64,000 nt of DNA from Isoptericola halotolerans (GTDB lineage Bacteria > Actinomycetota > Actinomycetes > Actinomycetales > Cellulomonadaceae): contig NZ_JABEZU010000001.1 in assembly GCF_013149785.1 (NCBI RefSeq), forward strand, positions 1,550,001 to 1,614,000, given 5' to 3'. Shown here one piece after another: positions 38,093-48,154 of this stretch (positions within the stretch are counted from its first letter, which is position 1; the number at the start of each line of letters is the position of its first letter). The translations under genes were made by a program, and so were the position numbers. A model generated the notes under the pieces. It had not been told where the DNA came from. It searched no databases and was given only the letters and a program-made list of their open reading frames with translations.

Positions 38093-38743
38093 ATGGCACT
38101 GCTGACGGCAGAGGACATCCTCAACAAGAAGTTCTCGGCGACGAAGTTCCGTGAGGGCTACGACGTCGAAGAGGTCGACGACTTCCTCGACGAGGTGGTC
38201 CGCACGCTCACCTCCGTGCAGGAGGAGAACGACGACCTGCGCTCCAAGCTGGCTGCGGCCGAGCGTCGTGTGGGTGAGCTGAGCCGCAGCGATGCCGCCC
38301 AGCAGTCCGTGGTCGAGCAGCCCGACGTCGCGGCGCAGGTCCAGGCCGCGGCCGCTGCCGCGGCCGCCGCTCCGCCCGTCGGAGACGCGCAGCCCGCAGA
38401 GCCCGAGTCCGCCACGGGGATGCTCCAGCTCGCCCAGAAGCTGCACGACGACTACGTGCGCTCGGGCCAGGAGGAGGGCGACCGCCTGATCTCCGAGGCC
38501 AAGTCCGAGGGCAGCAGGATCGTCCGTGAGGCCGAGGAGACGAGCCACCGCACGCTCTCCCAGCTCGAGCAGGAGCGCTCGCTCCTCGAGCGCAAGATCG
38601 ACGAGCTGCGGCTGTTCGAGCGTGACTACCGCACCCGTCTCAAGAGCTTCCTGCAGAACCTCCTGGGCGACCTGGACGCGCGCGGGTCGGCACTGCCGCC
38701 GCAGCGTCAGAACGCGAGCGCAGGGCGTTCCCAGGAGCTCTGA
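38093..38743 (+). CDS. divIVA: Polar growth protein DivIVA/Wag31
   Basis: LTAEDILNKKF, REGYDVEEVDDFLD, coiled coil, FERDYRTRLK. Confidence 0.95.
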   Translation: MALLTAEDILNKKFSATKFREGYDVEEVDDFLDEVVRTLTSVQEENDDLRSKLAAAERRVGELSRSDAAQQSVVEQPDVAAQVQAAAAAAAAAPPVGDAQPAEPESATGMLQLAQKLHDDYVRSGQEEGDRLISEAKSEGSRIVREAEETSHRTLSQLEQERSLLERKIDELRLFERDYRTRLKSFLQNLLGDLDARGSALPPQRQNASAGRSQEL

Positions 38744-38868
38744 GCACGACCCGGAGCAGTCCCGCGCGGACCGGCTCGCACCCAGGACACGCCACGTCGG
38801 CGCGTGCTGTTGTGCGGGCCGGTCCGCGCACTTACGCTGCGGTGACTCCACGAACGGAAGGGCAGCGA

Positions 38869-39330
38869 ATGTCCAAGCTCTCCACCTCTCAGCGCGCGAC
38901 GGTCCGCGACGAGTTCCCGAACCTGGCGAAGGACGTCAAGACGTTCCCCGTCCGCGACGGGGAGGATCCCTGGACGCTCCCAGAGGTCTCCGAGCTCGCG
39001 GTGCTCCTCCTCGAGGACCGGGAGCGCTTCACGCGCGAGCTCGCGGCCGCGGACGCCGAGCTGAGCGACCTCCTGCGCAACTCCGGCGACGGCGCCGGTG
39101 ACGACCAGGCGGACTACGGCTCGAGCGCCCTCGAGCGTGAGCAGGAGCTGACGCTGGTGAACAACCTGCGCGACCTGCTCGCACAGACGACCCACGCGAT
39201 CGGGCGCATCCGCAACGGCACGTACGCCACCTGCGAGATCACCGGGGCGCCCATCGGCAAGGCGCGGCTCCAGGCGTTCCCGCGAGCCACCCTGTCCGTG
39301 GAGGCGAAGGCGCGCGAGGAACGGCGCTGA
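38869..39330 (+). CDS. DksA/TraR-family protein with degenerate one-Cys zinc finger
   Basis: GEDPWT, DDQADYGS coiled-coil tip, GTYATCEITGAPIGKARLQAFPRATLSVEAK; GGAAGG RBS. Confidence 0.9.
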   Translation: MSKLSTSQRATVRDEFPNLAKDVKTFPVRDGEDPWTLPEVSELAVLLLEDRERFTRELAAADAELSDLLRNSGDGAGDDQADYGSSALEREQELTLVNNLRDLLAQTTHAIGRIRNGTYATCEITGAPIGKARLQAFPRATLSVEAKAREERR

Positions 39331-39347
39331 CCGTAGAATCGGGCGCG

Positions 39348-39980
39348 ATGTCCTCCACGCCCGCCGGTCACGACCCGGCTTCCGCTGTCCCTGACGACGA
39401 CGCTCCGGCCGCCGATCGGACGTCCTCGCGGCGTCGTCGGCTCGGTACCTGGGCACTCGCCCTCGCAGCGGTGGTACTCGTGGTGGACCAGCTCACCAAG
39501 TGGTGGGCGCTGAGCGCGCTGACCGTGGGTGAGCGGATCGACCTGGTGGGCGACCTGCTCGGACTGTCCCTCGTGTTCAACGACGGGGCAGCACTGTCGA
39601 TCGGGTCCGGGTACACGGGCGTCCTGACGGTCGTGGTGGTCGTCGTCGTGGTGGTGATCCTGCGCGCGATCCGCAGGATCGGCTCGGTCGGGTGGGCCGT
39701 CGCGCTGGGGCTGCTGCTCGGCGGTGCGGTCGGCAACCTGCTCGACCGGCTCTTCCGCGAACCAGGGTTCGCCCGCGGGCACGTGGTGGACATGATCGCC
39801 TATGCCGACTTCTTCGTCGGGAACGTGGCCGACATCGCCATCGTGGTCGCGGCAGGCCTGATCGTGGTGCTGTCCTTCCGTGGCATCGCGCTCGACGGCA
39901 CCCGGCACGAGGAGCAGGGCCGCGGCAAGGACGAGGCCGACGCGGACGCCCCGCCCCGCACGGACGAGGACCGTCCCTGA
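39348..39980 (+). CDS. lspA: Lipoprotein signal peptidase II
   Basis: DQLTK, NDGAALS, GNLLDRL, GHVVDMI, NVAD. Confidence 0.95.
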   Translation: MSSTPAGHDPASAVPDDDAPAADRTSSRRRRLGTWALALAAVVLVVDQLTKWWALSALTVGERIDLVGDLLGLSLVFNDGAALSIGSGYTGVLTVVVVVVVVVILRAIRRIGSVGWAVALGLLLGGAVGNLLDRLFREPGFARGHVVDMIAYADFFVGNVADIAIVVAAGLIVVLSFRGIALDGTRHEEQGRGKDEADADAPPRTDEDRP

Positions 39981-40909
39981 TGGCGCTGAGGACGCTGCCC
40001 GTGCCGGACGGTCTGGCCGGCGAGCGCGTCGACGTGGCCCTCGGGCGGATGCTCGGCTTCTCGCGCACGCAGGCCGCCGAGCTGGCTGCGAGCGGCGCCG
40101 TGCACCTCGACGGCCGGGAGGTCGGCAAGTCGGACCGCGTCACCCCCGGCGGCTGGCTCGAGGTCGACGTCCCGGAGGCGCCGTCGTCGACGCCGGTGGT
40201 CGCCGAGCCCGTGGAGGGCATGGCGATCGCCTACGAGGACGACGACGTCGTCGTGATCGACAAGCCGGTCGGCGTGGCCGCCCACCCGTCGCCGGGATGG
40301 ACCGGACCGACGGTGGTCGGGGCGCTCGCTGCGGCGGGGTACCGGGTGTCCACCTCGGGGGCCGCGGAGCGCCAGGGCATCGTGCACCGGCTGGACGTGG
40401 GCACGTCGGGCCTCATGGCGGTCGCCAAGAGCGAGGCCGCCTACACCGGTCTGAAGCGCGCCTTCAAGGAGCGCACGGTCGACAAGGTTTACCACGCCCT
40501 GGCGCAGGGGCACCCGGAACCCACGACGGGCACGATCGACGCCCCGATCGGCCGGCACCCCCACCACGACTACCGGTTCGCCGTCGTGGCCGACGGCAAG
40601 CCGTCGGTGACGCACTACGAGGTCCTGGAGATGCTGCCGGCCGCGTCCCTGGTCGAGGTGCACCTGGAGACCGGGCGGACCCATCAGATCCGCGTGCACC
40701 TGTCGGCCCTGCGCCACCCGCTGGTGGGCGACCTCACCTACGGGGCCGACCCGGTGCTGGCCTCGAAGGTCGGGCTCGAGCGTCAGTGGCTGCACGCCAT
40801 GCGGCTCGCCTTCGACCACCCCGTGACCGGCGGGCGCGTCGAGGTCACCAGCGAGTACCCGGCCGACCTGCAGGACGCTCTCGAGGTCGTGCGCGGCGCC
40901 TACTCCTGA
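39980..40909 (+). CDS. RluA/RluD-family pseudouridine synthase
   Basis: S4 domain, [34 protein letters not shown]. Confidence 0.95.
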   Translation: MALRTLPVPDGLAGERVDVALGRMLGFSRTQAAELAASGAVHLDGREVGKSDRVTPGGWLEVDVPEAPSSTPVVAEPVEGMAIAYEDDDVVVIDKPVGVAAHPSPGWTGPTVVGALAAAGYRVSTSGAAERQGIVHRLDVGTSGLMAVAKSEAAYTGLKRAFKERTVDKVYHALAQGHPEPTTGTIDAPIGRHPHHDYRFAVVADGKPSVTHYEVLEMLPAASLVEVHLETGRTHQIRVHLSALRHPLVGDLTYGADPVLASKVGLERQWLHAMRLAFDHPVTGGRVEVTSEYPADLQDALEVVRGAYS

Positions 40910-40912
40910 CCG

Positions 40913-41881
40913 TCAGGCCGACTCGCGGACCACCACGTAGGCCGGGTCGTCCGGCCACGGCGGGGAGACGAGACCGTCGAGCGCGGCCAGCACGACGGCC
41001 GCCAGGTGCTCCGACTGCGGGGTGACCGGCTGGGCGACGGTGGTCAGGGTCGGTGCGGCCACGGCGGCTGCGGGGGAGTCGTCGACCCCGATCACCGCCA
41101 GGCTCTCGGGCACGCCGAGCCCGGCGACCCGGGCGCCGGCCAGCACGGCCAGCGCCACCTCGTCGTTGTAGGCCGCCACGGCCGTGACGCCGTCCCGGTG
41201 CCAGCGGCGGACGGCGTCGGTGGCGGGTTCGTCCGTCCGCACCGCGGTCCGTCCTGGCCGCGGCAGCCCTCGGTCGGCGCAGGCGTCCTGGACGCCGGTG
41301 TACCGGGCGTCACCGAACCGGCGGAGCCGGTCGTCCGTGGTCGTGGCGAACGCCACGGACCGGTGCCCGCGGGCGGCGAGATGGTCGACCTGCAGTGCCG
41401 CGAGGTCGTGCTGGGACCGGTCGAACGCCCCGGCGTCGGCGGGCTCGACGGGTCCCACGACGGTGATCCCCGCCTGCTGCATCGCGCGCGCGTCGTCGGC
41501 GGCGAACGGGGCCAGCCCGACGACCGCCTGCGGCGTCACGGCCCGCCACAGGTCGCTCAGGGCGCGCGAGTCGCGGTGGTGGTGGACGAGCACGAAGAGC
41601 CCGCGTTCCGCGAGCACGTCGGTCAGATGGTCCAGCAGGGAGTCCACGACCGGACCGGTGGGCCAGTCGGGCAGCACGCAGACCACCAGGTCGCTGCGAC
41701 CGCGCCGCAGCGTGCGTGCGGCCGCCGACGGCGCGTAGCCGAGCTGCGCGGCGGTCTCCCGCACGTGCCGGCGGGTCGCCTCCGAGACCGACGCCCCCGG
41801 GGTGTCGTTGAGGACGTAGCTGACGGTGGTACGAGAGACCCCCGCGGCACGGGCGACGTCGGTGCTCGTCACTGAGCCCAC
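40913..41881 (-). CDS. LacI-family transcriptional regulator
   Basis: TDVARAAGVSRTTVSYVLN HTH, LGYAP..AARTL, AYNDEVA, VIGVDD, PTLTTV; AGGAGG RBS. Confidence 0.93.
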   Translation of the reverse strand: MGSVTSTDVARAAGVSRTTVSYVLNDTPGASVSEATRRHVRETAAQLGYAPSAAARTLRRGRSDLVVCVLPDWPTGPVVDSLLDHLTDVLAERGLFVLVHHHRDSRALSDLWRAVTPQAVVGLAPFAADDARAMQQAGITVVGPVEPADAGAFDRSQHDLAALQVDHLAARGHRSVAFATTTDDRLRRFGDARYTGVQDACADRGLPRPGRTAVRTDEPATDAVRRWHRDGVTAVAAYNDEVALAVLAGARVAGLGVPESLAVIGVDDSPAAAVAAPTLTTVAQPVTPQSEHLAAVVLAALDGLVSPPWPDDPAYVVVRESA

Positions 41882-41946
41882 GGATCCTCCTCCTGCGACC
41901 GGACGTTGGGCAGCACTGTACTGGGCCGCGCGGCGCGGCCGGGAGG

Positions 41947-41968
41947 TGTCACCCGCGGGACCTAGACT
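41947..41968 (+). promoter_or_regulatory. PafBC/RecA-NDp-type promoter of dnaE
   Basis: TGTCAC-N10-TAGACT, 7 nt before ATG 41976. Confidence 0.6.
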
Positions 41969-41975
41969 CGTGGCC

Positions 41976-44900
41976 ATGTCGGACGCCGCTGCACCCCCCG
42001 GACCTGCCTCCACCGCAGAGAAGGCGGACGACTTCGTCCACCTCCACGTCCACACCGAGTACTCGATGCTGGACGGCGCGGCACGGATGAACGACCTGTT
42101 CACCGAGGTCGCCCGGCTGGGCCAGAAGGCCATCGCGATCACCGACCACGGGTACCTGTTCGGAGCGTTCGACTTCTGGAGCACGGCGCAGAGGTTCGGG
42201 GTCAAGCCGATCATCGGCGTCGAGGCGTACGTCACGCCGGGCACCAGCCGTCACGACCGCACCAAGGTCCTGTGGGGGGACCAGAACCAGCGGCGCGACG
42301 ACGTCTCCGCCGGTGGCGCGTACACCCACATGACGCTGTGGGCCCGCGACAACGTCGGGATGCACAACCTCTTCCGCGCGTCGTCGCTGGCCTCGCTCGA
42401 CGGTCAGATGGGCAAGTGGCCGCGCATGGACCGCGAGCTGCTGGAGACGTACTCCGAGGGACTGATGGCCACCACGGGCTGCCCCTCGGGAGAGGTGCAG
42501 ACGCGGTTGCGGCTCGGTCAGTGGGACGAGGCCGTGCGGGCGGCCGGCGAGCTCCAGGACCTGTTCGGCAAGGAGAACTACTTCGTCGAGCTGATGGACC
42601 ACGGGATCGAGATCGAGTCCCGCACCTCCAAGGACCTGCTGCGCCTGGCCGAGCACATCGGTGCACCGCTGGTGGCCACGAACGACCTGCACTACACCAA
42701 GCAGGAGGACTCCCACGCGCACGAGGTGCTGCTCGCGGTGAACTCCGGATCGACCCTCGACGAGCCCACGTACGACCAGGGCGGGAGCCGGTTCGCGTTC
42801 AGCGGCGACACCTTCTACGTGAAGTCCGGGGCGGAGATGCGCCGGCTCTTCGCCGAGATGCCCGAGGCGTGCGACAACACGCTGCTCATCGCCGAGCGGT
42901 GCGAGGTGTCCTTCGACACCGGCGCGAACTACATGCCGAACTTCCCGGTGCCCGAGGGCGAGGACGAGATCTCCTGGTTCGTCAAGGAGGTCGAGCACGG
43001 GCTGCACCGGCGCTACCCTTCCGGCATCCCGGACGAGGTGCGCAAGCAGGCGCAGTACGAGACCGAGGTCATCATCCAGATGGGCTTCCCGGGGTACTTC
43101 CTCGTGGTCGCCGACTTCATCAACTGGGCCAAGGAGCAGGGCATCCGGGTAGGCCCTGGCCGTGGGTCCGCGGCGGGCTCCATGGTGTCCTACGTGATGG
43201 GCATCACCGAGCTCGACCCGCTGGAGCACGGGCTGATCTTCGAGCGGTTCCTCAACCCGGAGCGCGTCTCGATGCCCGACGTCGACGTCGACTTCGACGA
43301 GCGCCGGCGCTCCGAGGTCATCCGGTACGTGAGCGACAAGTACGGCGACGACCGCGTGGCGATGATCGTCACGTACGGCTCCATCAAGGCGAAGCAGGCG
43401 CTCAAGGACGCCTCGCGCGTGCTGGGCTTCCCGTTCGCGATGGGGGAGAAGCTCACCAAGGCGATGCCGCCGCCCGTCATGGGCAAGGACATCCCGCTGT
43501 CGGGGATCTTCGACCCGTCCCACGAGCGCTACTCGGAGGCGGCGGAGTTCCGGCAGATGCACGACGCGGACCCCGAGGCGCAGCGCGTCGTGGAGACGGC
43601 ACGCGGCATCGAGGGCCTCAAGCGGCAGTGGGGGGTGCACGCGGCCGGCGTCATCATGTCGAGCGAACCGTTGATCGACGTCATCCCGATCATGCGCCGG
43701 CCCCAGGACGGCGCGGTCATCACGCAGTTCGACTACCCGACGTCCGAGGGCCTCGGCCTGATCAAGATGGACTTCCTCGGCCTGCGCAACCTGACGATCC
43801 TGGACGACGCGCTCGAGAACATCACGATGAACGGCAAGGACGCCGTGGAGATCGAGCACGTGCCGCTCGACGACGTCGACACCTACGCCCTGCTCGCCCG
43901 CGGTGAGACGCTCGGCGTGTTCCAGCTCGACGGCGGGCCGATGCGCTCGCTGCTGCGGCAGATGCGCCCGGACAAGTTCGACGACCTGTCGGCCGTCATC
44001 GCGCTGTACCGCCCCGGCCCGATGGGCATGAACTCGCACGTCAACTACGCGCTGCGCAAGAACGGCCTGCAGAAGATCGAGCCGATCCACCCCGAGACGG
44101 CCGAGCCCCTGTCGGAGGTGCTCGACGAGACGTACGGCCTGATCGTCTACCAGGAGCAGGTGCAGCGCGCCGCCCAGATCCTCGCGGGCTACTCGCTCGG
44201 TCAGGCGGACCTGCTGCGCCGCGCCATGGGCAAGAAGAAGCCCGAGGTGCTGGCCAAGGAGTTCGTGAACTTCGAGGCCGGCTGCAAGGAGCGCGGCTAC
44301 TCCGACGCGGCGATCAAGGCGGTGTGGGACGTGCTGGTGCCGTTCGCCGGGTACGCCTTCAACAAGGCGCACTCGGCGGGCTACGGGCTGGTGGCCTACT
44401 GGACGGCGTACCTCAAGGCGAAGTACCCCACCGAGTACATGGCCGGCCTGCTGCAGTCGGTGCGGGACGACAAGGACAAGATGGCGCTGTACCTCGGCGA
44501 GTGCCGCCGGATGCGCATCACGGTCCTGCCGCCCGACGTCAACGAGTCGGCGGCGAAGTTCACGGCCGTCGGCGACGACATCCGGTTCGGGCTGACGGCC
44601 GTGCGCAACGTCGGGGCCAACGTGGTCTCGGCGATCATCGCCGCCCGGGAGGAGCACGGCGACTTCACCTCGTTCACCGACTTCCTCGACAAGGTGCCCG
44701 CGGTCGTCTGCAACAAGCGCACCATCGAGTCGCTCATCAAGGCCGGGGCGTTCGACTCGCTCGGGCACCCGCGGCGCGCCCTGCTCGTCGTCCACGAGCA
44801 GGCGGTGGACTCGGTGATCTCCGTCAAGCGCAAGGAGGCCGAGGGGCAGTTCGACCTGTTCGCCGACCTCGGCGGGGGCGGCGACGACCCGGTGACCTTC

Positions 44901-45563
44901 GCCGTCGAGGTGCCGGACCTGCCGGACTGGGACAAGAAGCAGCGTCTCGCGTTCGAGCGGGAGATGCTGGGGCTCTACGTCTCGGACCACCCGCTGTCGG
45001 GCATGGAGCACGTCCTCGCCCGGGCGGCCGACACCTCGATCGCGTCGTTGGTCGCGGACGAGGGCCGGCCGGACGGCTCGTCGGTCACCGTCGCCGGGCT
45101 GCTGACCTCGGTGCAGCGCAAGATGAGCAAGAACGGCAACCCGTGGGCGGCCGTGACGATCGAGGACCTGGAGGGCTCGGTCGAGGTGATGTTCTTCGGC
45201 GAGACCTACCTGGCGTACTCGACGGTCCTCGCCGAGGACCAGGTGGTCACGCTCAAGGGCCGCGTGCGGCGCCGTGACGAGCAGATGCAGCTCCAGGCGC
45301 AGGAGGTCACGCTGCCCGACACCTCGGCCGTGGCCGACGCGCCGGTCCAGGTGACCGTGCCGCACACACGCTGCGTCGAACCGGTCATGGTGCGGCTGCG
45401 CGAGGTGCTGGTGTCGCACCCCGGACCGGCCGAGGTCCACGTGCACGTCGCCGAACCCGGCAAGAAGACGGTCGTGCGGGCCGCCGACCGGCTGCGCGTC
45501 GAGAAGTCGCCGGCGCTGTTCGGCGACCTCAAGGCGCTGCTCGGACCGAGCTGCCTGTCATGA
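41976..45563 (+). CDS. dnaE: DNA polymerase III alpha subunit (DnaE1)
   Basis: FVHLHVHTEYSMLDG PHP, GRGSAAGS, MPDVDVDF, HAAG, KMDFLGL, YAFNKAH, OB domain. Confidence 0.98.
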   Translation: MSDAAAPPGPASTAEKADDFVHLHVHTEYSMLDGAARMNDLFTEVARLGQKAIAITDHGYLFGAFDFWSTAQRFGVKPIIGVEAYVTPGTSRHDRTKVLWGDQNQRRDDVSAGGAYTHMTLWARDNVGMHNLFRASSLASLDGQMGKWPRMDRELLETYSEGLMATTGCPSGEVQTRLRLGQWDEAVRAAGELQDLFGKENYFVELMDHGIEIESRTSKDLLRLAEHIGAPLVATNDLHYTKQEDSHAHEVLLAVNSGSTLDEPTYDQGGSRFAFSGDTFYVKSGAEMRRLFAEMPEACDNTLLIAERCEVSFDTGANYMPNFPVPEGEDEISWFVKEVEHGLHRRYPSGIPDEVRKQAQYETEVIIQMGFPGYFLVVADFINWAKEQGIRVGPGRGSAAGSMVSYVMGITELDPLEHGLIFERFLNPERVSMPDVDVDFDERRRSEVIRYVSDKYGDDRVAMIVTYGSIKAKQALKDASRVLGFPFAMGEKLTKAMPPPVMGKDIPLSGIFDPSHERYSEAAEFRQMHDADPEAQRVVETARGIEGLKRQWGVHAAGVIMSSEPLIDVIPIMRRPQDGAVITQFDYPTSEGLGLIKMDFLGLRNLTILDDALENITMNGKDAVEIEHVPLDDVDTYALLARGETLGVFQLDGGPMRSLLRQMRPDKFDDLSAVIALYRPGPMGMNSHVNYALRKNGLQKIEPIHPETAEPLSEVLDETYGLIVYQEQVQRAAQILAGYSLGQADLLRRAMGKKKPEVLAKEFVNFEAGCKERGYSDAAIKAVWDVLVPFAGYAFNKAHSAGYGLVAYWTAYLKAKYPTEYMAGLLQSVRDDKDKMALYLGECRRMRITVLPPDVNESAAKFTAVGDDIRFGLTAVRNVGANVVSAIIAAREEHGDFTSFTDFLDKVPAVVCNKRTIESLIKAGAFDSLGHPRRALLVVHEQAVDSVISVKRKEAEGQFDLFADLGGGGDDPVTFAVEVPDLPDWDKKQRLAFEREMLGLYVSDHPLSGMEHVLARAADTSIASLVADEGRPDGSSVTVAGLLTSVQRKMSKNGNPWAAVTIEDLEGSVEVMFFGETYLAYSTVLAEDQVVTLKGRVRRRDEQMQLQAQEVTLPDTSAVADAPVQVTVPHTRCVEPVMVRLREVLVSHPGPAEVHVHVAEPGKKTVVRAADRLRVEKSPALFGDLKALLGPSCLS

Positions 45564-46060
45564 CCGGGTCCGACGACGGCAGCGCCGACCACCGGTTCCG
45601 GGTGGTCCCGGCCGCGTACGTCCTGCTGCGACGTGAGGGGCAGGTCCTGCTGCAGCTGCGGGCCGGCACGGGGTTCATGGACGGGTACTGGGCCGCCGGT
45701 GCGGCCGGTCACGTCGAGGCCGGGGAGTCCGTGCTGGAGGCCGCGGTCCGCGAGGCGCGCGAGGAGCTCGGCGTGACGGTGGGCCCGGCGGACCTCGAGC
45801 CGCTGACGGTCGTGCACCGGGGGGAGCCCGGTGGTCCTGCGCTCGAGCAGCGCGTGGACTTCTTCTTCGCGACGACCCGGTGGCAGGGGGAACCGGCGCT
45901 GCAGGAGGCGGACAGGGCCGCGGACCTGCGCTGGTTCCCGTTCGTGCACCTGCCGGACCCCGTCGTGCCGCACGAGCTCGCGGTGCTGCGTGCCCTGCAC
46001 GACGGCGACGTCCCGCGGGTGATCACCCTCGGCTTCGGCGACCCGGGCGACGGCGCGTAG
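45560..46060 (+). CDS. Nudix hydrolase
   Basis: Nudix box GHVEAGESVLEAAVREAREELG; ATG overlaps dnaE stop. Confidence 0.92.
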   Translation: MTGSDDGSADHRFRVVPAAYVLLRREGQVLLQLRAGTGFMDGYWAAGAAGHVEAGESVLEAAVREAREELGVTVGPADLEPLTVVHRGEPGGPALEQRVDFFFATTRWQGEPALQEADRAADLRWFPFVHLPDPVVPHELAVLRALHDGDVPRVITLGFGDPGDGA

Positions 46061-46070
46061 GCTCACGCAG

Positions 46071-46478
46071 GTGATCCGTCTCAACCCCGAGCAGCTCGTC
46101 TTCGTCACCGAGCGCCACCTGGCCACCCTGACCACCCTGCGCGCCGACGGCACGCCGCACGTGGTCCCGGTGGCCTTCACGTGGGACGCCGAGCAGGGCG
46201 TGGCGCGCGTCACGGCACGGCGGACGTCGGTCAAGGCCCGTAACGCGGGCCGCCGCGGGCCGGACGGGCAAGCCCCGCGGGCCGCCCTCTGCCAGGTCGA
46301 CGGCGGCCGCTGGATGACGCTCGAGGGGACGGTCGAGGTGGTCGAGGACCCCGACGAGGTCGCCGAGGCCGTGCGTCGCTACGCCACCCGGTACAGGCAG
46401 GTCGAGTACGACCCCCGCCGGATCGTGCTGCGGCTCACACCCGACCACGTCATGGCGTCGGCCTACATGTCCTCCTGA
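46071..46478 (+). CDS. PPOX-class (pyridoxamine-phosphate-oxidase fold) flavin/F420-binding protein
   Basis: LATLTTLRADGTPHVVPV, SVKARN, QVDGGRWMTLEG. Confidence 0.85.
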   Translation: MIRLNPEQLVFVTERHLATLTTLRADGTPHVVPVAFTWDAEQGVARVTARRTSVKARNAGRRGPDGQAPRAALCQVDGGRWMTLEGTVEVVEDPDEVAEAVRRYATRYRQVEYDPRRIVLRLTPDHVMASAYMSS

Positions 46479-46702
46479 ACGACCACGGCGGTCTGGTCGC
46501 CCTCGGGTCCCGCGACGGTCACGCGGGCACCGGCTCGCAGCTGGCGGCCGCGCCGGGTCTCGGTCTCGCCGTCGACGCGCACGTCGCCGTCGGCCACGAG
46601 GTCGCGGGCGTGGTTGCCCGACTCGGCGAGCCCTGCCAGCTTGAGGAACTGGCCGAGCCGGATGACGTCGTCGCGGATGGGGACCTCGAGGGGGGTGTCC
46701 AT
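46463..46702 (-). CDS. S4-domain RNA-binding protein (YaaA/YbcJ type)
   Basis: IRLGQFLKLAGLAESG..A, VRVDGETETRRGRQL. Confidence 0.92.
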   Translation of the reverse strand: MDTPLEVPIRDDVIRLGQFLKLAGLAESGNHARDLVADGDVRVDGETETRRGRQLRAGARVTVAGPEGDQTAVVVQEDM

Positions 46703-46812
46703 CCGTCCATCCTCCCAGGCCGCTGCCGGCCGCGGTCGCGGGTGCGCGTGGCGCGGGGTCCTGAGGGTGGACCGCAGGGAGAGGCTCGGCGGCGATCTCC
46801 TAGACTGGAGCG

Positions 46813-48135
46813 GTGATCCGACGCATCGATCTTCGCGGGCAGGTCCTGTCCCGTTCCGAGCTGCTGCAGGTGCTGCCGCGCCCCGAGGTGGGCGTGGAGC
46901 AGGCGGTCGACGCCGTGGCTCCCGTCCTGGCGGACGTCCGTTCCCGCGGTGGTGCCGCCCTGCGCGACCTGGCCGAGCGCTTCGACGGGGTGCGGCCACA
47001 GCATCTGCGGGTGCCGGCCGCCGCGCTCGACGAGGCGCTCGCGGGCCTCGACCCGGTCGTCCGTGCGGCTCTCGAGGAGGCGGTGGTGCGGGTGCGTGCC
47101 GTGCACGCCGACCAGCTGCCCGGCGAGCACACGACGGTGCTGGCCGACGGCGCCGAGGTACGGCAGCGGTGGATCCCGGTGCAGCGGGTCGGCCTCTACG
47201 CGCCCGGGGGCCTGGCCGTCTACCCGTCGTCGGTCATCATGAACGTGGTCGCCGCCCAGGAGGCCGGCGTCCCCGAGCTGGCGGTGGCCTCCCCGCCGCA
47301 GAAGGATTCCGGCGGGCTGCCGCACGCGACCATCCTCGCGGCCTGCGCCCTGCTCGGCGTCGACGAGGTGTACGCGGTCGGGGGAGCGCAGGCCGTGGCG
47401 ATGTTCGCCTACGGGGCGACCGGGAGCGAACCGGCCGACGGCGAGGTGCTGTGCGAGCCCGTCGACGTCGTGACCGGCCCCGGGAACGTCTACGTCGCGG
47501 CGGCCAAGCGCCTGGTGCGGGGCGTCGTCGGGATCGACGCGGAGGCCGGCCCGACCGAGATCGCGGTGCTGGCCGACGACTCCGCCGACCCCGGGCACGT
47601 GGCGCTCGACCTCATCAGCCAGGCCGAGCACGACCCGATGGCGGCGTCGGTGCTCGTCACGCCGTCCGTGGAGCTCGCCGGTGCGGTGGAGTCCAAGCTG
47701 GTGGACCTGGCGGAGGCGACCAAGCACACCGCCCGGGTGACGACGGCGCTCGCGGGTCCGCAGTCGGCCGTGGTGGTGGTCGACGACCTCGACCAGGGGC
47801 TGGCGGTGGTGGACGCCTACGGTGCCGAGCACCTGGAGATCCAGACCGTGGGCGCTGCCGAGCTGGCTCAGCGGGTGCGTTCGGCGGGGGCCATCTTCGT
47901 GGGGCCGTACTCGCCGGTCTCCCTCGGTGACTACATGGCCGGCTCCAACCACGTGCTGCCCACGGGGGGCACGGCGCGCTTCGCCAGCGGTCTGGGGGTC
48001 CACGCGTTCCTGAGGTCGGTGCAGGTGGTCGACTACTCGCGCGAGGCCCTGGCGGAGGTCGCCGAGCGCATCGTCGCCGTGGCGAACGACGAGGACCTGC
48101 CCGCCCACGGCGAGGCGGTGCGCGGGCGGTTCTGA
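46813..48135 (+). CDS. hisD: Histidinol dehydrogenase
   Basis: [48 protein letters not shown]. Confidence 0.97.
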   Translation: MIRRIDLRGQVLSRSELLQVLPRPEVGVEQAVDAVAPVLADVRSRGGAALRDLAERFDGVRPQHLRVPAAALDEALAGLDPVVRAALEEAVVRVRAVHADQLPGEHTTVLADGAEVRQRWIPVQRVGLYAPGGLAVYPSSVIMNVVAAQEAGVPELAVASPPQKDSGGLPHATILAACALLGVDEVYAVGGAQAVAMFAYGATGSEPADGEVLCEPVDVVTGPGNVYVAAAKRLVRGVVGIDAEAGPTEIAVLADDSADPGHVALDLISQAEHDPMAASVLVTPSVELAGAVESKLVDLAEATKHTARVTTALAGPQSAVVVVDDLDQGLAVVDAYGAEHLEIQTVGAAELAQRVRSAGAIFVGPYSPVSLGDYMAGSNHVLPTGGTARFASGLGVHAFLRSVQVVDYSREALAEVAERIVAVANDEDLPAHGEAVRGRF

Positions 48136-48154
48136 GCCGCCTGGTCGGTGGCTG

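Noticed and set aside
41949..45446. 1165-aa minus-strand ORF, and similar long ORFs (4945-7770 +, 8556-10913 -, 15474-17804 +, 26033-28249 -, 50119-52242 -, 61773-63998 +)
   Set aside because: Antisense shadows of real genes; stop codons are rare off-frame at this GC content and the translations have no recognisable motifs
41976..45563. Intein or split in dnaE
   Set aside because: Length (~1195 aa) and motif order fit an uninterrupted DnaE1; no intein splice motifs seen
46463..46478. 16-bp 3' overlap of convergent PPOX and S4 genes as antisense control
   Set aside because: Short convergent overlaps are common in GC-rich genomes and nothing else supports it
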